From Candidatus Copromorpha sp. (GTDB lineage: Bacteria; Bacillota; Clostridia; Peptostreptococcales; Anaerovoracaceae), in NCBI GenBank assembly GCA_045114655.1, contig JBGUKV010000055.1:1-48837 (forward strand): a stretch of 48,837 bases of DNA. The letters are read 5' to 3'. Below are positions 27,258 through 37,545 of the stretch, piece after piece. Position 1 is the stretch's first letter; each line of letters begins with the position of its first letter. The notes below the pieces were generated by a model, which saw only the letters and a program-made list of their open reading frames with translations, searched no databases and was not told the DNA's origin. The translations under genes and the position numbers were made by a program.

Positions 27258-28481
27258 CTAGTCCAGCAGATTGTGCATCTCTCTCTTGTAGGCCTCTACG
27301 CCCGGCTGATCGAACGGGTTCACTCCGTTGAGCATTGCCGTGATAGCGCAGGTGGTCTCCAGGAAGTAGATCAGCTGTCCGAAATTGTAGGCGTCCAGCT
27401 TCGGCACATGCACCTCGGCGATGGGGATGTCCGCCTGTCTGTGCGCGGTGGTCACGCCGCCGATCATCGCCTTGTTGATATCTTCCACAGTCTTGCCCTT
27501 CTGCGGTCCGCCCGGAATCTCTATGGTTACGGAAGGTTCATCGACGATCATGAGCGTCTCCATGAAGATCTGCTGTCCTTCCTGCATGTACTGTCCCATG
27601 GAATGCAGATCCGTGGAATAGAGCAGGGACGTCGGCATCATGCCTTTGCCTTCTTTTCCTTCGCTCTCGCCAAAGAGCTGCTTCATCCACTCGCCCAGGT
27701 ACTGCAGTCTGGAATTGCACAGCGCGAAGACTTCGACGACTTTACCCTTTTTCTCCATCAGGTGACGGACAATGGCGTAATCTGCCGCGTCTGCATCCCA
27801 TTCGGTCGACTCGGCACAGTCTCTGGCGCCGTCGAGAAATTCGATGATATCGATTCCGGATACAGCCATCGGCAGAAGCCCCACCGGCGTGGCGATGGAA
27901 TATCTGCCGCCGATGTCTCCTGGAACGGGCAGCGTCGCGTAACCGAACTCATTTGCCTCCGCGCGCAGGGTGCCTGTCTCTTCATCGGTGATGGCGATGA
28001 TGTGCTTGGCTGCTTCCTCTTCGCTTCCGTATTTTTCGGCCATCAGTGGTTTGACTACTTCAAAGGCCGTCCGGACTTCCATGGTGTTCCCTGATTTGGA
28101 AATCACGCAGAGGATCGTTCTCTTCTTCCGGATCTCCTCCAAAGTCTCCCAATAGTAATCTGTGCACAGGTTGTTGCCCAGGAACCGGACCTCGATGCCG
28201 GATGCGGATTTCGGCAGCGCTTCGATGGCAGCCTTCGCGCCCATGTAGGATCCGCCGATGCCGATGACCACCAGAAGCTCCGCGCCGTCCTTGATGATCT
28301 CCGCGATCTCCTGGATCTTGTCCAGTTCTTCCTGGTTTCTGTTCACCGGGGCTTTGACCCATCCGGTCATCGGTTCATTCCCGGACCAAAGCCGATCCAG
28401 CGCTTCGCCTGCTGCCGGACGCATCGCCTCGATCTCAGAAGCCGGGATCCCTGTTTTGTCTACTTTTGAAATGATATTCAT
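27258..28481 (-). CDS. pgi: Glucose-6-phosphate isomerase
   Basis: GIGGSY.G, SKSG.T.E, IGGRYS, QLFGESEGK, DLHS.GQ, PFDQPGVEAYK. Confidence 0.93.
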   Translation of the reverse strand: MNIISKVDKTGIPASEIEAMRPAAGEALDRLWSGNEPMTGWVKAPVNRNQEELDKIQEIAEIIKDGAELLVVIGIGGSYMGAKAAIEALPKSASGIEVRFLGNNLCTDYYWETLEEIRKKRTILCVISKSGNTMEVRTAFEVVKPLMAEKYGSEEEAAKHIIAITDEETGTLRAEANEFGYATLPVPGDIGGRYSIATPVGLLPMAVSGIDIIEFLDGARDCAESTEWDADAADYAIVRHLMEKKGKVVEVFALCNSRLQYLGEWMKQLFGESEGKEGKGMMPTSLLYSTDLHSMGQYMQEGQQIFMETLMIVDEPSVTIEIPGGPQKGKTVEDINKAMIGGVTTAHRQADIPIAEVHVPKLDAYNFGQLIYFLETTCAITAMLNGVNPFDQPGVEAYKREMHNLLD

Positions 28482-28559
28482 ATCTTCTGTCCTTTCTTGA
28501 TCTATCCTTTCTCGTGCCGGCGCCGCATCCTGCAGCACCTTTATTTTAACTGTTTAATT

Positions 28560-30077
28560 TTAGCTATAGTACAGGTTGTTCGTGACGTACTCCGGATCGC
28601 TGGTCACATCGATACCCAGGCCCTTGAGTGTCTTTTCGTCCTTGTCGCTGAGGATGGCGGTGCAGTGCGCCATGCATCCTCTGAGCTCGCCGATCTTGTT
28701 GAGCGCCGCCTCCGCCGTCGGGTTTGTCGTGGCGGAGATGGTGAGCGCGGTCAGAACTTCCTCGCAATTCAGGGAAGACTTGTCCGCCTGCAGAAGCTCT
28801 GTCTTCAGGTTCTGGATCCGCTCCAAGATGTTCGGGGAGATGAGATGGATCTCATCGGCGATGCCGCTCATGTATTTGGCCGCGTTCAGGATGGCTGCCG
28901 CCGCTGCCACCATGCGCCTTGAGCTGCGCCCGGTGATGATCGTTCCATCGTCAAGCTCCATCGCCACAGCGACCACGTTGGTGTAGCGCGCGTTCTGCTG
29001 ACGCTTCTTTTCGGCAAACTCCCGCGCCGGGAGAACGACCGGACGGTCCTCGACCTTAAGGTCCATTTCATCCATCAGCAGTTTCTGCCGCTCCAGGGTA
29101 TCTGCTCCGATCCTGCCTTTCTTGAAATCGCATTCCGCGATGATATATCTTCTGATGATCTCCTGACAGGCCGCTTCCCGGCAGACCTCGTCGTCAATAA
29201 TCCCAAAGCCCGCTCTGTTTACGCCCATGTCTGTCGGCGATTTGTATTCCGCTTCCGCGCCGGTGATTCTCTCGATGATCCTCTTCACGACCGGGAACGC
29301 CTCCAAGTCACGGTTGTAGTTCACTGCCTTTTCGCCGTATGCCTCCAGGTGGAAGGAGTCGATCATGTTCACATCCTTCAGATCCGCAGTAGCCGCTTCA
29401 TAGGCTACGTTCACCGGATGCTTGAGCGGCAGGTTCCAGATCGGGAAGGTCTCGAACTTGGCGTATCTGGCTTTGCGCCCGCGGGTGTACTCATGGTAGA
29501 GCTGTGACAGACTTGTCGCCAGCTTGCCGCTTCCGCCGCCCGGTCCCGTTACGACGATCAGCGGTTTCGTCACTTCGATATACGGATTGGCGCCGTAGCC
29601 CGCGTCGCTTACGATGGTGTCCACATCGGTCGGATAGCCTTTGGTGAAACGGTGCTTATAGGTTTTGATCCCGCGCTGCTCCAGTTTGTTGATGAACTTG
29701 ACCACAGCGGGAGAATCCTCTTCGTATCTTGTGACGACGACGCTGTTGATCTGAAGGTCGTACTTCCGGAACATGTCGATCAGGCGGAGCACTTCCAGAT
29801 CGTAAGTGATTCCGAAATCCGCTCTCGTCTTGTTCGTCGTGATGTCTCCGGAATAGACGCAGATGATGATCTCCGCCTGGTCCTTCATCTTCTGCAAAAG
29901 CTTTATCTTGGCGTTTTCGTCAAACCCCGGCAGCACCCGCATGGCGTGTTTATCCTGCACCAGCTTGCCGCCGAATTCCAGATAAAGCCGGTCGCCGCCG
30001 CCCTGCTGGATCCGCTCGAGGATGTACTTCGACTGCTCCTCGATATACTTTTCCGCACTGAAACCAATCTTCCGCAT
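28560..30077 (-). CDS. DUF1846 (UPF0371) family protein
   Basis: [24 protein letters not shown]-loop, [27 protein letters not shown]; start may be GTG 30086. Confidence 0.85.
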   Translation of the reverse strand: MRKIGFSAEKYIEEQSKYILERIQQGGGDRLYLEFGGKLVQDKHAMRVLPGFDENAKIKLLQKMKDQAEIIICVYSGDITTNKTRADFGITYDLEVLRLIDMFRKYDLQINSVVVTRYEEDSPAVVKFINKLEQRGIKTYKHRFTKGYPTDVDTIVSDAGYGANPYIEVTKPLIVVTGPGGGSGKLATSLSQLYHEYTRGRKARYAKFETFPIWNLPLKHPVNVAYEAATADLKDVNMIDSFHLEAYGEKAVNYNRDLEAFPVVKRIIERITGAEAEYKSPTDMGVNRAGFGIIDDEVCREAACQEIIRRYIIAECDFKKGRIGADTLERQKLLMDEMDLKVEDRPVVLPAREFAEKKRQQNARYTNVVAVAMELDDGTIITGRSSRRMVAAAAAILNAAKYMSGIADEIHLISPNILERIQNLKTELLQADKSSLNCEEVLTALTISATTNPTAEAALNKIGELRGCMAHCTAILSDKDEKTLKGLGIDVTSDPEYVTNNLYYS

Positions 30078-30195
30078 GTTGATCACTTCCCTTCCTGTTC
30101 TGTGCAGTTATCCTGCACAGTCGTATATAAAATCTATTTTTAACATAGTAAGAACCCGTCATAGCAGCGTCTGACACGGCCGGGAAGCCTTTGCA

Positions 30196-30633
30196 TTACT
30201 GCTGCATGACGGTGATGTTGATGCGGTTCCTGCCCTCAAGCAGCCCCTTGAGGCTGACTTCGTAGTCGATTTCCAGTTCCCCGCAGCCTTCCTCAGAAAC
30301 GGTGCTGTTGAGCGCGGTCGTCAGAATCTCGATCTCAATCGGTCCGAAAGGCGTGTCGTAGAAGCCTACGTTGCGCTTTCCCTTCTCGAATACGATCTCG
30401 TTTCCTTCGCCGGCTCCGTCGCCGAACCGTTTCATCTGAACATCCTTCTCCCTGAGCCGAAGCCTTGTTCTGCATCCGGGGATGCCGCTGAACTCGCTTT
30501 CCTCGTAGAGAAGGTAGGTTGTATTGTTGCGCCTGTAGAGCTTGGCTTCGGTGACGAATTCCATTTCCTCCTCGCCGGCCTCCTTGCTCATCTGGCTGCT
30601 TTTGATCTTGATCAGTACATCTTTCGCGTTCAC
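30196..30633 (-). CDS. DUF1934-family beta-barrel protein
   Basis: YL.YEESE..G, R.G, FEKG, Y.TPFG; GTG start after AAGGAGG. Confidence 0.8.
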   Translation of the reverse strand: MNAKDVLIKIKSSQMSKEAGEEEMEFVTEAKLYRRNNTTYLLYEESEFSGIPGCRTRLRLREKDVQMKRFGDGAGEGNEIVFEKGKRNVGFYDTPFGPIEIEILTTALNSTVSEEGCGELEIDYEVSLKGLLEGRNRINITVMQQ

Positions 30634-30720
30634 TCTGTCCCTCCTTTTCGCTTTCGCGTTTCCCCTATTTATAACTTTTTTATTGTACCATATTTCCCGC
30701 CGCTTTGGGCGCGTGAAATG

Positions 30721-30755
30721 AAAAAACCGGGGCGCATCTTTCGATGTTCCCCGGT
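30721..30755 (-). terminator. Intrinsic terminator of htrA
   Basis: ACCGGGG..CATC-gaaa-GATG..CCCCGGT plus T run on the minus strand. Confidence 0.75.
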
Positions 30756-30773
30756 ATCGCATACCTGTTTATA

Positions 30774-32513
30774 TTAGTTGTCCTCACCCAGCCAGTCATC
30801 AAGTCCCGGCACCTGCTGCTGATCCTGATTGTCTTGCTGCTGATTCTGGTTGTTCTGCTGCTGGAGCTGTTCCTTTGTTTTTTCCTGCAAGGTGATTGTC
30901 AGGTCTTTTGTCTCACCGTCGCGGACGATGGTGTATTTCAGTTTATCGCCAACTTTATGCGAGGAAATGACGGATGTCAGATCGTCGATGGATGTGATCT
31001 GGTGATCGTCTATTGCAAAGACAACATCTCCTGCCTTGAAGCCGGCTGCTTTCGCCACCTTGGTGTCGACGGAATAGATATAGACCGTTCCGCCGGACTC
31101 GCCGCCGAACAGGAAATCCAGTCCGCTGCTGCCCTCTGTATAGGTCATGCCGGTCCACGGCTGGCCGCTGACATAACCCTTATCCATCAGCTGATGCGCT
31201 ACACTGGCCGCCGTATTGATCGGGATGGCGAAACCAAGACCTTCCACGTCAGAGCCTGCGGACTTCGCAACGACCAGGCCGATGAGCTGCCCGTCTCCGT
31301 TGAAGAGTCCGCCGCCGGAGTTGCCCGGGTTGATGGAGCTGTCTGTCTGCAGTAGTTTCATGGTCTTGCCGTCGATGGAAAGCTCACGGTCTGTTGCGCT
31401 GATGATTCCTGCTGTGACTGTTCCGCCCAGTTCTCCCAGCGGATTGCCGATAGCAACAGCCATGTCTCCGACCTGAAGCTGGTCGCTGTTGCCGTATACG
31501 GCAGGAGTCAGTCCGGTGGCTTTGATCTTAAGCACGGCCACGTCGTTCGTCTGATCGGTTCCGACAAGTGTCGCCTCATAGGAGTGCTTATCGCTTGTCG
31601 TCACGGTGATTTTGTTCGCACCGTCGATGACGTGATTGTTCGTCATGATGTAGCCGTCTTTGCTGATGATGACGCCGCTTCCCGCGCCCTCGGTAACATA
31701 CTGCTGCATCCAGCTGTCGCTCACCATGCCTTCCGTCCGGATCTCTACGACGCTCTTCTGTGCAGTCTTCGTGATCTCCTGGATCGTCATGTTGCTGCCT
31801 GTTGCGCTCTGCAGATTATATCCTGCCGACTCTACTTCGCCTGCGCTGCCTGCCACGTCAGCCGTTTCTGTCGAAGCGGTGTTCGCGGTCGGGCTGCTGT
31901 CCATATGACTTCCGATGTATCCTCCGCCGATGCCGAATACGCAGGAGATCGCCATACACGAAGCAATCAGCAATCCCAGCGCTTTTCTGCTCATTGTCAC
32001 AGGCTTTGACGGCTTGCGTGCTCTTTTGAGCTTGCGTTTGATGTCGCCGACGTTTGCCCCGACGGTACCTGTTGCGCCTCCGCCTGTTTCCGGAGAACTC
32101 TGTGAGAAGAAGGTTCCACCCTCTGCTCTTGCTCTTCCGCCGGACCATCTCGCCGAAGCCCCCGCTTCAGCTGCCGCCCCCGCTGTTTCTGCATGCGGTC
32201 TGAAGTTATCGCGCGGGTCTCTGTATCGTCCTGTTTCCTCTGTCGGGGTCTGCGGCTGCTCGCTCCTTGAGAACGGATCGCTTTCTTCATGCGCCTGCTC
32301 GCCGCTTTGTTCTTCCCGCACATCCTTGCCGAGAATCTCTTCGACATTGATGCCGGCCCCGCGAAGCTCGTCCTCGCTGAAGATGTCGCTCAGGCCGTCA
32401 TCCTGGATCGTATCCGCTGTCACAAAGGATGGGTTCTCTGCAATCGGATCCGGATCTCTCATGATGAAGTTCGGTTCATAATCCGTTCTGTTTTCATTAT
32501 TGTTTTCTTCCAT
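30774..32513 (-). CDS. htrA: HtrA/DegP-family serine protease with PDZ domain
   Basis: Long disordered N-terminus, one TM, GSGVI, TNNHV, D.AVLK, IGNPLG, NPGNSGG, C-terminal PDZ. Confidence 0.9.
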   Translation of the reverse strand: MEENNNENRTDYEPNFIMRDPDPIAENPSFVTADTIQDDGLSDIFSEDELRGAGINVEEILGKDVREEQSGEQAHEESDPFSRSEQPQTPTEETGRYRDPRDNFRPHAETAGAAAEAGASARWSGGRARAEGGTFFSQSSPETGGGATGTVGANVGDIKRKLKRARKPSKPVTMSRKALGLLIASCMAISCVFGIGGGYIGSHMDSSPTANTASTETADVAGSAGEVESAGYNLQSATGSNMTIQEITKTAQKSVVEIRTEGMVSDSWMQQYVTEGAGSGVIISKDGYIMTNNHVIDGANKITVTTSDKHSYEATLVGTDQTNDVAVLKIKATGLTPAVYGNSDQLQVGDMAVAIGNPLGELGGTVTAGIISATDRELSIDGKTMKLLQTDSSINPGNSGGGLFNGDGQLIGLVVAKSAGSDVEGLGFAIPINTAASVAHQLMDKGYVSGQPWTGMTYTEGSSGLDFLFGGESGGTVYIYSVDTKVAKAAGFKAGDVVFAIDDHQITSIDDLTSVISSHKVGDKLKYTIVRDGETKDLTITLQEKTKEQLQQQNNQNQQQDNQDQQQVPGLDDWLGEDN

Positions 32514-32674
32514 GCTATTTGTACCTCTTACTGTATCTCTTCGTTTTGTCTATGCTTCCCGGTCATCTATTTTAATACCTCTTTCGAGCATACTATAGCA
32601 CTTGAATATGTTGGTTTTGTGTAGAACCTGTATGGATTTCCTAATGCGAAGCGCCATGAAACGAGGTCCTGCTG

Positions 32675-33763
32675 TTATTTGGGCGGTTTCATTTTGAATT
32701 TGATGACCGGCGCGCCACCGTAGCTCTTCAGCCCGTTCGAAAGGACCCAGCGAACATCGTCTCTGAGCGACTTGGGGGCAATGATTTCAACACGGTCAAG
32801 ATGATGCAGCGCCCACCGTTCCACTTCCGCCGGATTAGCCCGGAAACTGACCTCTATTTCGTGCAAGACTCTTACTGCAAACGCATGAATGCCACTAATA
32901 TCCTGGGGTTCAACAGGATCTGTATTGATGACGATATCCGTTCCGAACCGGTCGATCACTTCATCCAGCATTCTCTTGTCTGTTCGGAATGTTATCATTT
33001 GGGGTTCCTTCTTCAGGAGGTACGATGCTTCTGCATCAATATGGCCAAGGTCCGTATCGGATGTGTACTCTACCGTGTCCTCTAACGGAGTCATCTTCAG
33101 ATCCATTTTCTCAATATTCCGTATGAGGTGGATCCGGAAGAAACGCATCACGTCGCACTTCTCACCGGTCGCCATCAGAAAGTACCTCTGTTCAGACAAA
33201 ATGATGTTATATGGCGAAACAACGCATGTCTCTTTTTTGTGCAGCTTCTTATCTGTACCATATCCGTAATAATCGAACCTGATCTTTACGTTTTCCCTGA
33301 TCGCTTCATCGATAATCTCTATGTTCCGGAACAGTTCCTGATTATCGCTTCTCTGCCATCTGTCCACCAGATCGAGATAGTGTCCGTCCGGATCGATATA
33401 GCAGCGCTGATCCTGCCCGCTCGTTTTTCCTCCGGCGGCGCAGAGACGTTCGATCAGATCCTTTGCCTGGCGTGATGGAATCGCGCTGTTGCATATCACG
33501 CTGTGGATGAGCAGCCGGAGTTCTGAATCGTCGAGCGCCCTGTCGTCATAATAGCAGCCGTTTCCCTTACCGTTTTTTTCGATCAGACCGGCGTCGGCAA
33601 GGGTGTTGACATTCCTGCTCACAGCAGTTCGATCCATTTTGATGCCATATTCCGATTCGAGCATGGCGCCGATTTCTTTATGACGCATTGGATGCTCTTC
33701 GCTGGAATGTTTTTTCAGTATTTCCAGTATGTATGCCGGTACTAAGCTTTTGTCCTGATTCAT
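32675..33763 (-). CDS. WYL-domain transcriptional regulator (wHTH-WYL-WCX)
   Basis: ILEILKKHS.EEHP wHTH; ELRLLI..V; I.EAI...KIRFDY; VSPY...RYFL; FRI..I; EII.P.SLR; start after GGAG (alternative 33796). Confidence 0.85.
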   Translation of the reverse strand: MNQDKSLVPAYILEILKKHSSEEHPMRHKEIGAMLESEYGIKMDRTAVSRNVNTLADAGLIEKNGKGNGCYYDDRALDDSELRLLIHSVICNSAIPSRQAKDLIERLCAAGGKTSGQDQRCYIDPDGHYLDLVDRWQRSDNQELFRNIEIIDEAIRENVKIRFDYYGYGTDKKLHKKETCVVSPYNIILSEQRYFLMATGEKCDVMRFFRIHLIRNIEKMDLKMTPLEDTVEYTSDTDLGHIDAEASYLLKKEPQMITFRTDKRMLDEVIDRFGTDIVINTDPVEPQDISGIHAFAVRVLHEIEVSFRANPAEVERWALHHLDRVEIIAPKSLRDDVRWVLSNGLKSYGGAPVIKFKMKPPK

Positions 33764-33793
33764 TGTTGCTTTCTCCGTTTTGTATTGCTTTTG

Positions 33794-33838
33794 CATGGGT
33801 TTCAGCCGGGCACATTATAGCACCCGGGCTGAAACATG
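33794..33838. promoter_or_regulatory. Inverted repeat enclosing the extended -10 (TGcTATAAT) of the WYL gene; probable operator
   Basis: GTTTCAGCCGGG-cacattatagca-CCCGGGCTGAAAC (one bulged base). Confidence 0.6.
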
Positions 33839-33960
33839 TATATGATTTTACGATGCAACTTTATCTGCTGTTATATGATAAATCTGAAGCAGATCCACGT
33901 TGGTGGTATTATAATAAGAATATCAGAGTATAAGAAACCAGATACTATCGGAGAATCATT

Positions 33961-34623
33961 ATGGCTGACGAAAACAGAAAACAAGAACTCTGCCGCAGCT
34001 GCATCGACTGCGCATCCGGCGCCTGCGACGGCAAGCACGGGACTTTTCCGGACTTCTGCCTGACCGCTGACATCCTTGAAGGAGGACCTGGCTCCGGGCT
34101 CTGCGCGGAGGCGGTGGATCAATATCTCAACGACCCGGTTGACAGTCTTATCGCAAAAGCATCCGCAACTGTTGAATTTGAAAATTACTGCAAGCTCACC
34201 CGCGTGGAGGAAATCTGCGAGTTCGCGGATAAGATCGGCGCAAAGAAACTAGGCATCGCCACCTGCGTGGGGCTTTTGCGCGAAGCGCGGACTGCCGCGA
34301 AAATCTTCCGGCACCGCGGCTTCGAAGTATATGGGGTCGCTTGCAAAGTGGGCGCGGTCAGCAAGACCTCCATCGGCCTCGATCCTGTGCAGGAAACGCT
34401 CGGGCCGCACATCTGCAACCCGATCCTGCAGGCAAAGCTTCTGAACGAACAAAAGACCGATCTGAATATCGTGATCGGTCTTTGTGTGGGCCATGACAGC
34501 CTCTTTTACAAATATTCGGATGCCCTTTGCACGACGCTTGTGACAAAAGACCGGGTCCTCGGTCACAACCCGGTCGCTGCGCTATACCAGGCGGACGGTT
34601 ACTACAGCAAGCTGCTGAAGTGA
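33961..34623 (+). CDS. DUF1847-family Cys-rich metal-binding protein
   Basis: TRVEE, GIATCVGL, CKVG, CNPILQA, GLCVGHDSLF, KDRV.GHNP. Confidence 0.85.
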   Translation: MADENRKQELCRSCIDCASGACDGKHGTFPDFCLTADILEGGPGSGLCAEAVDQYLNDPVDSLIAKASATVEFENYCKLTRVEEICEFADKIGAKKLGIATCVGLLREARTAAKIFRHRGFEVYGVACKVGAVSKTSIGLDPVQETLGPHICNPILQAKLLNEQKTDLNIVIGLCVGHDSLFYKYSDALCTTLVTKDRVLGHNPVAALYQADGYYSKLLK

Positions 34624-34630
34624 CAGTCGC

Positions 34631-34990
34631 TTATTCGTATTCATAAACATCGCCGGTATACGCATCGACGGAGTACACATAGTGTACGCCTTCGTACTGA
34701 AACGCGATGTCATACTCTGTTGCTCCGTTATCGGTGCTGAGCTGCACGCTTATTTCATCGACATCATCAACGTAGAGACCTTCAACATCGAGCGCGTTTT
34801 CCAGCGCCTCACTTTCGGTGAGCATTTCGTCCGCAGGGGCTTCCGTCGCTTCTTCTGCGGTTGCCTCCACTGTCGTCTCTTCCGTCGTCTGTTCCCCACC
34901 GGATATTCCGCAGCCTGCCATTCCAAACAGCATCATTACGCAGATGACCATACCTGTAATGAGCCATGCTGAAGTATTTTTCTGTTTCAT
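34631..34990 (-). CDS. PepSY-domain lipoprotein
   Basis: Lipobox MAGC; LTESEA...AL; Y.I.F....Y.Y.VDAYTGDV. Confidence 0.75.
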   Translation of the reverse strand: MKQKNTSAWLITGMVICVMMLFGMAGCGISGGEQTTEETTVEATAEEATEAPADEMLTESEALENALDVEGLYVDDVDEISVQLSTDNGATEYDIAFQYEGVHYVYSVDAYTGDVYEYE

Positions 34991-35003
34991 CGTTTCCTCC
35001 TGA

Positions 35004-35477
35004 TTATTTCTCTGCACGCACAAGCGTGTCGCCTTCGTATTGCAGTGTCATGCTGATTTCGTCCGCGCCTTCCAGGAGCGGTTTCAGAAACAGCCTGTCT
35101 CCTTCCCACATGGGAAGCTCCATCAGCTCCCCTTCCGGGACCCAGCGCAGCTGTCCCTCGCTGCAGGCGGGAGGCACTTCTTCCTCCGCGCCGCTGACTT
35201 CCGCGCGGTAGAGATACATGTCCTCATCTTCCCAGGTATCTGAAACGAAATGGATCACGCCGCAGAAATGATACGACGCCGGCGTAAGCCCGGTCTCCTC
35301 GCGCACCTCCCGAAGCATGCATTCATCCGGTGTCTCGCCCGGCTCGAACTTGCCGCCGACGCCGATCCACTTGCCCTCATTCGGATCATCCTTCTTCTTG
35401 TTTCGGTAGAGCATCAGGTATTCTCTTCTCCCCGCGCCCGCACTGCGCCGGATGTAACATAAGGTTGCCCGTTTCAT
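35004..35477 (-). CDS. NUDIX hydrolase, MutT/MutX 8-oxo-dGTPase type
   Basis: GGKFEPGETPDECMLREVREETGL Nudix box; EG.L.WV, MWEGDR.F; RBS AGGAGG. Confidence 0.9.
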   Translation of the reverse strand: MKRATLCYIRRSAGAGRREYLMLYRNKKKDDPNEGKWIGVGGKFEPGETPDECMLREVREETGLTPASYHFCGVIHFVSDTWEDEDMYLYRAEVSGAEEEVPPACSEGQLRWVPEGELMELPMWEGDRLFLKPLLEGADEISMTLQYEGDTLVRAEK

Positions 35478-35592
35478 TTCGATCCCTCCTGCATCACATC
35501 CTATTATACACGGAACGGAACGTTTCCACTCAATCATTTTTTGATGTATAATGCAGTCAAGGAGCGAAAACGCGCTGAAGGGAGGTACCGTC

Positions 35593-36861
35593 ATGAAAAT
35601 GAAAATCACACCTCGCATACTGTCGGGCACGATCGAAGCCATGCCTTCCAAATCGCACGCCCACAGACTCCTCATCGCCAGAAAGCTTGCGGAGCTGCAG
35701 GGAAATCCGCGCAAGGACAGAGTAGAGATTCCGGCGTTCTCCGATGATATCGAAGCAACGATCGCGTGCCTTTCCCAGCTGGGAAAAAACACGCCGTATC
35801 TGGAATGCGGGGAGAGTGGATCTACCCTGCGCTTTTTGCTGCCTGTTGTCATGGCGCTCAAAAGCAGCGCGACCTTCCTAGGGACCGGACGCCTGCCCGA
35901 CCGGCCGATCTCGCCGTTGAAAGAAGAAATGGAGCGCCACGGATGCCGGTTCCGCATGGGCAACCCTAAGAATACGGATCGCTTCAAAGAGATCTGCACG
36001 GTAAACGGCAAACTTGAAGCCGGCGACTACGTGATCGCCGGGAATGTCAGCTCACAGTTCATCACCGGACTGCTGCTCGCCCTGCCGCTTCTCGATGGGG
36101 ACAGCACCCTGACCCTCACAACGGAGCTCGAGTCGGCGGGCTATGTAGAGATGACGCTGGATGTCCTGCACGACTTCGGCATTGAAATCGATGTGTCCCG
36201 CACGGAAGGCGGGTTTCTGAAGTACACGATTCCCGGAAAGCAAGTTTACCGTGAAAAGCCCGGTCTTTCCCTTGACGGCGACTGGTCGAACGCGGCGTTC
36301 TGGCTTGCTGCAGGCTGCCTGTCCGGTGACATAACAGTAACAGGACTCCGTATGGAGTCCTGCCAATGGGATAAAGAAATCGTAAATGTTCTGGCGCAGA
36401 TGGGCGCTGATCTGGATTTTCAGCCGCAGGTGGACGGGACAGTCTCGGTTCGTTCACGCGCGTCCATCCTGAAAGGTGCGGAAACCGATGTGTCGCAAAT
36501 CCCGGATCTTACGCCGGTCCTTGCTGTGCTCATGTCCTTCGCGGAAGGCACTTCCATGATCACCCACGCCCAGCGGCTCCAGTTTAAGGAATCAAATCGC
36601 CTAAAGGCGATTTATTCCGTGCTGTATAATCTTGATGCAGATGTTTCTTATGGAGGGGACTGGCTCTCCTTCACGGGCAAGGCCTTCCTGGAAGGCGGCA
36701 CCGTCGACAGCTTCGGAGACCACCGCGTGGCCATGGCCGCTGCCATCTCGTCCTGCCTCTGCCGGGAGCCTATCTACCTGACGAACCCGATTGCGGTGAC
36801 CAAATCCTATCCGGATTTCTACAAAGATTTCGCCGCACTGGGCGGCGAAATAGAATACTGA
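35593..36861 (+). CDS. aroA: 3-phosphoshikimate 1-carboxyvinyltransferase
   Basis: PSKS, CGESGSTLRF, SSQFITGLL, Y..MT, DWS.AAF, PDL.P, KES.R, DHR.AM, KSYP.F. Confidence 0.92.
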   Translation: MKMKITPRILSGTIEAMPSKSHAHRLLIARKLAELQGNPRKDRVEIPAFSDDIEATIACLSQLGKNTPYLECGESGSTLRFLLPVVMALKSSATFLGTGRLPDRPISPLKEEMERHGCRFRMGNPKNTDRFKEICTVNGKLEAGDYVIAGNVSSQFITGLLLALPLLDGDSTLTLTTELESAGYVEMTLDVLHDFGIEIDVSRTEGGFLKYTIPGKQVYREKPGLSLDGDWSNAAFWLAAGCLSGDITVTGLRMESCQWDKEIVNVLAQMGADLDFQPQVDGTVSVRSRASILKGAETDVSQIPDLTPVLAVLMSFAEGTSMITHAQRLQFKESNRLKAIYSVLYNLDADVSYGGDWLSFTGKAFLEGGTVDSFGDHRVAMAAAISSCLCREPIYLTNPIAVTKSYPDFYKDFAALGGEIEY

Positions 36862-36876
36862 TTCTTTTGGTTGTGA

Positions 36877-37530
36877 CTAGAACTGGTCCGTATATGTAGC
36901 CGTGATCTCACGGGTGTACTCCGTGAACTTTTCCGTCATCTTCGCGAAATACTTTTCGTAGGCTTCACCATCGTCCTCGGTGCTCTTAAGCATGGTGTCG
37001 ACCATTAAGTCCTTGTTTTTGTCATAGATTTTCTTCAGGGCGTCGATCCTGTCCTGCGTCTCATCATACAGTTCGCTCTTCGAAATCGAATCCGCCTTGT
37101 CATTCAGCTCTTCGACATACTTCGCTGTGGCTTCTTTCATCTCTTTGTTGCAGGCTTTATAGATTGTTTTGTATGGAGATTTTGCGTATTTATCAGGCTT
37201 GTCGGACTTTTCCTTGTCTTTCTCCGCACTCTGAGGGCTCCACTGCACTGCGTCATTATCCGCGTCTTCGCTGCCGGAGGTTTCATCCTCGTCGGAGTCT
37301 TCGTCTCCATCAGAGTCTTCGTCCTCATTGGAATCCTCGTCTTCATCAGAGTCTTCGTCCTCGTCCTGATCCTTATCCCCATCTGTATCCTGCGCGGCGC
37401 CTCCAGCAGGCGTGGTGATCTCTACGGTCTCCTCGACCGAATCACTTCCGCCGCAGGCGCACATGCAAAAGCACATCAGCACGCTGATGAATATCGCTAT
37501 TAACTTTTTCGCTGTTTTGATTGAAATCAT
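36877..37530 (-). CDS. Hypothetical lipoprotein with acidic repeat linker and helical C-terminal domain
   Basis: Lipobox MCAC; DEDSDE-type repeats; amphipathic helices. Confidence 0.7.
   Translation of the reverse strand: MISIKTAKKLIAIFISVLMCFCMCACGGSDSVEETVEITTPAGGAAQDTDGDKDQDEDEDSDEDEDSNEDEDSDGDEDSDEDETSGSEDADNDAVQWSPQSAEKDKEKSDKPDKYAKSPYKTIYKACNKEMKEATAKYVEELNDKADSISKSELYDETQDRIDALKKIYDKNKDLMVDTMLKSTEDDGEAYEKYFAKMTEKFTEYTREITATYTDQF
37295..37366. repeat. Four imperfect 18-bp tandem repeats (in frame)
   Basis: GAGTCTTCGTC(T/C)..-type units at 37295, 37313, 37331, 37349. Confidence 0.8.
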
Positions 37531-37545
37531 ACTTGTTCTTTCTGT

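Noticed and set aside
32640-33960. Prophage or defence island around the WYL gene
   Set aside because: No integrase, att repeats, nuclease or phage genes visible
35478-36011. Long N-terminal extension of the NUDIX ORF (likewise ORF-track extensions of dusB, pgi, DUF1934 and the deformylase fusion)
   Set aside because: Extensions overlap neighbouring genes or promoters; downstream starts coincide with domain boundaries and mostly have clear RBSs
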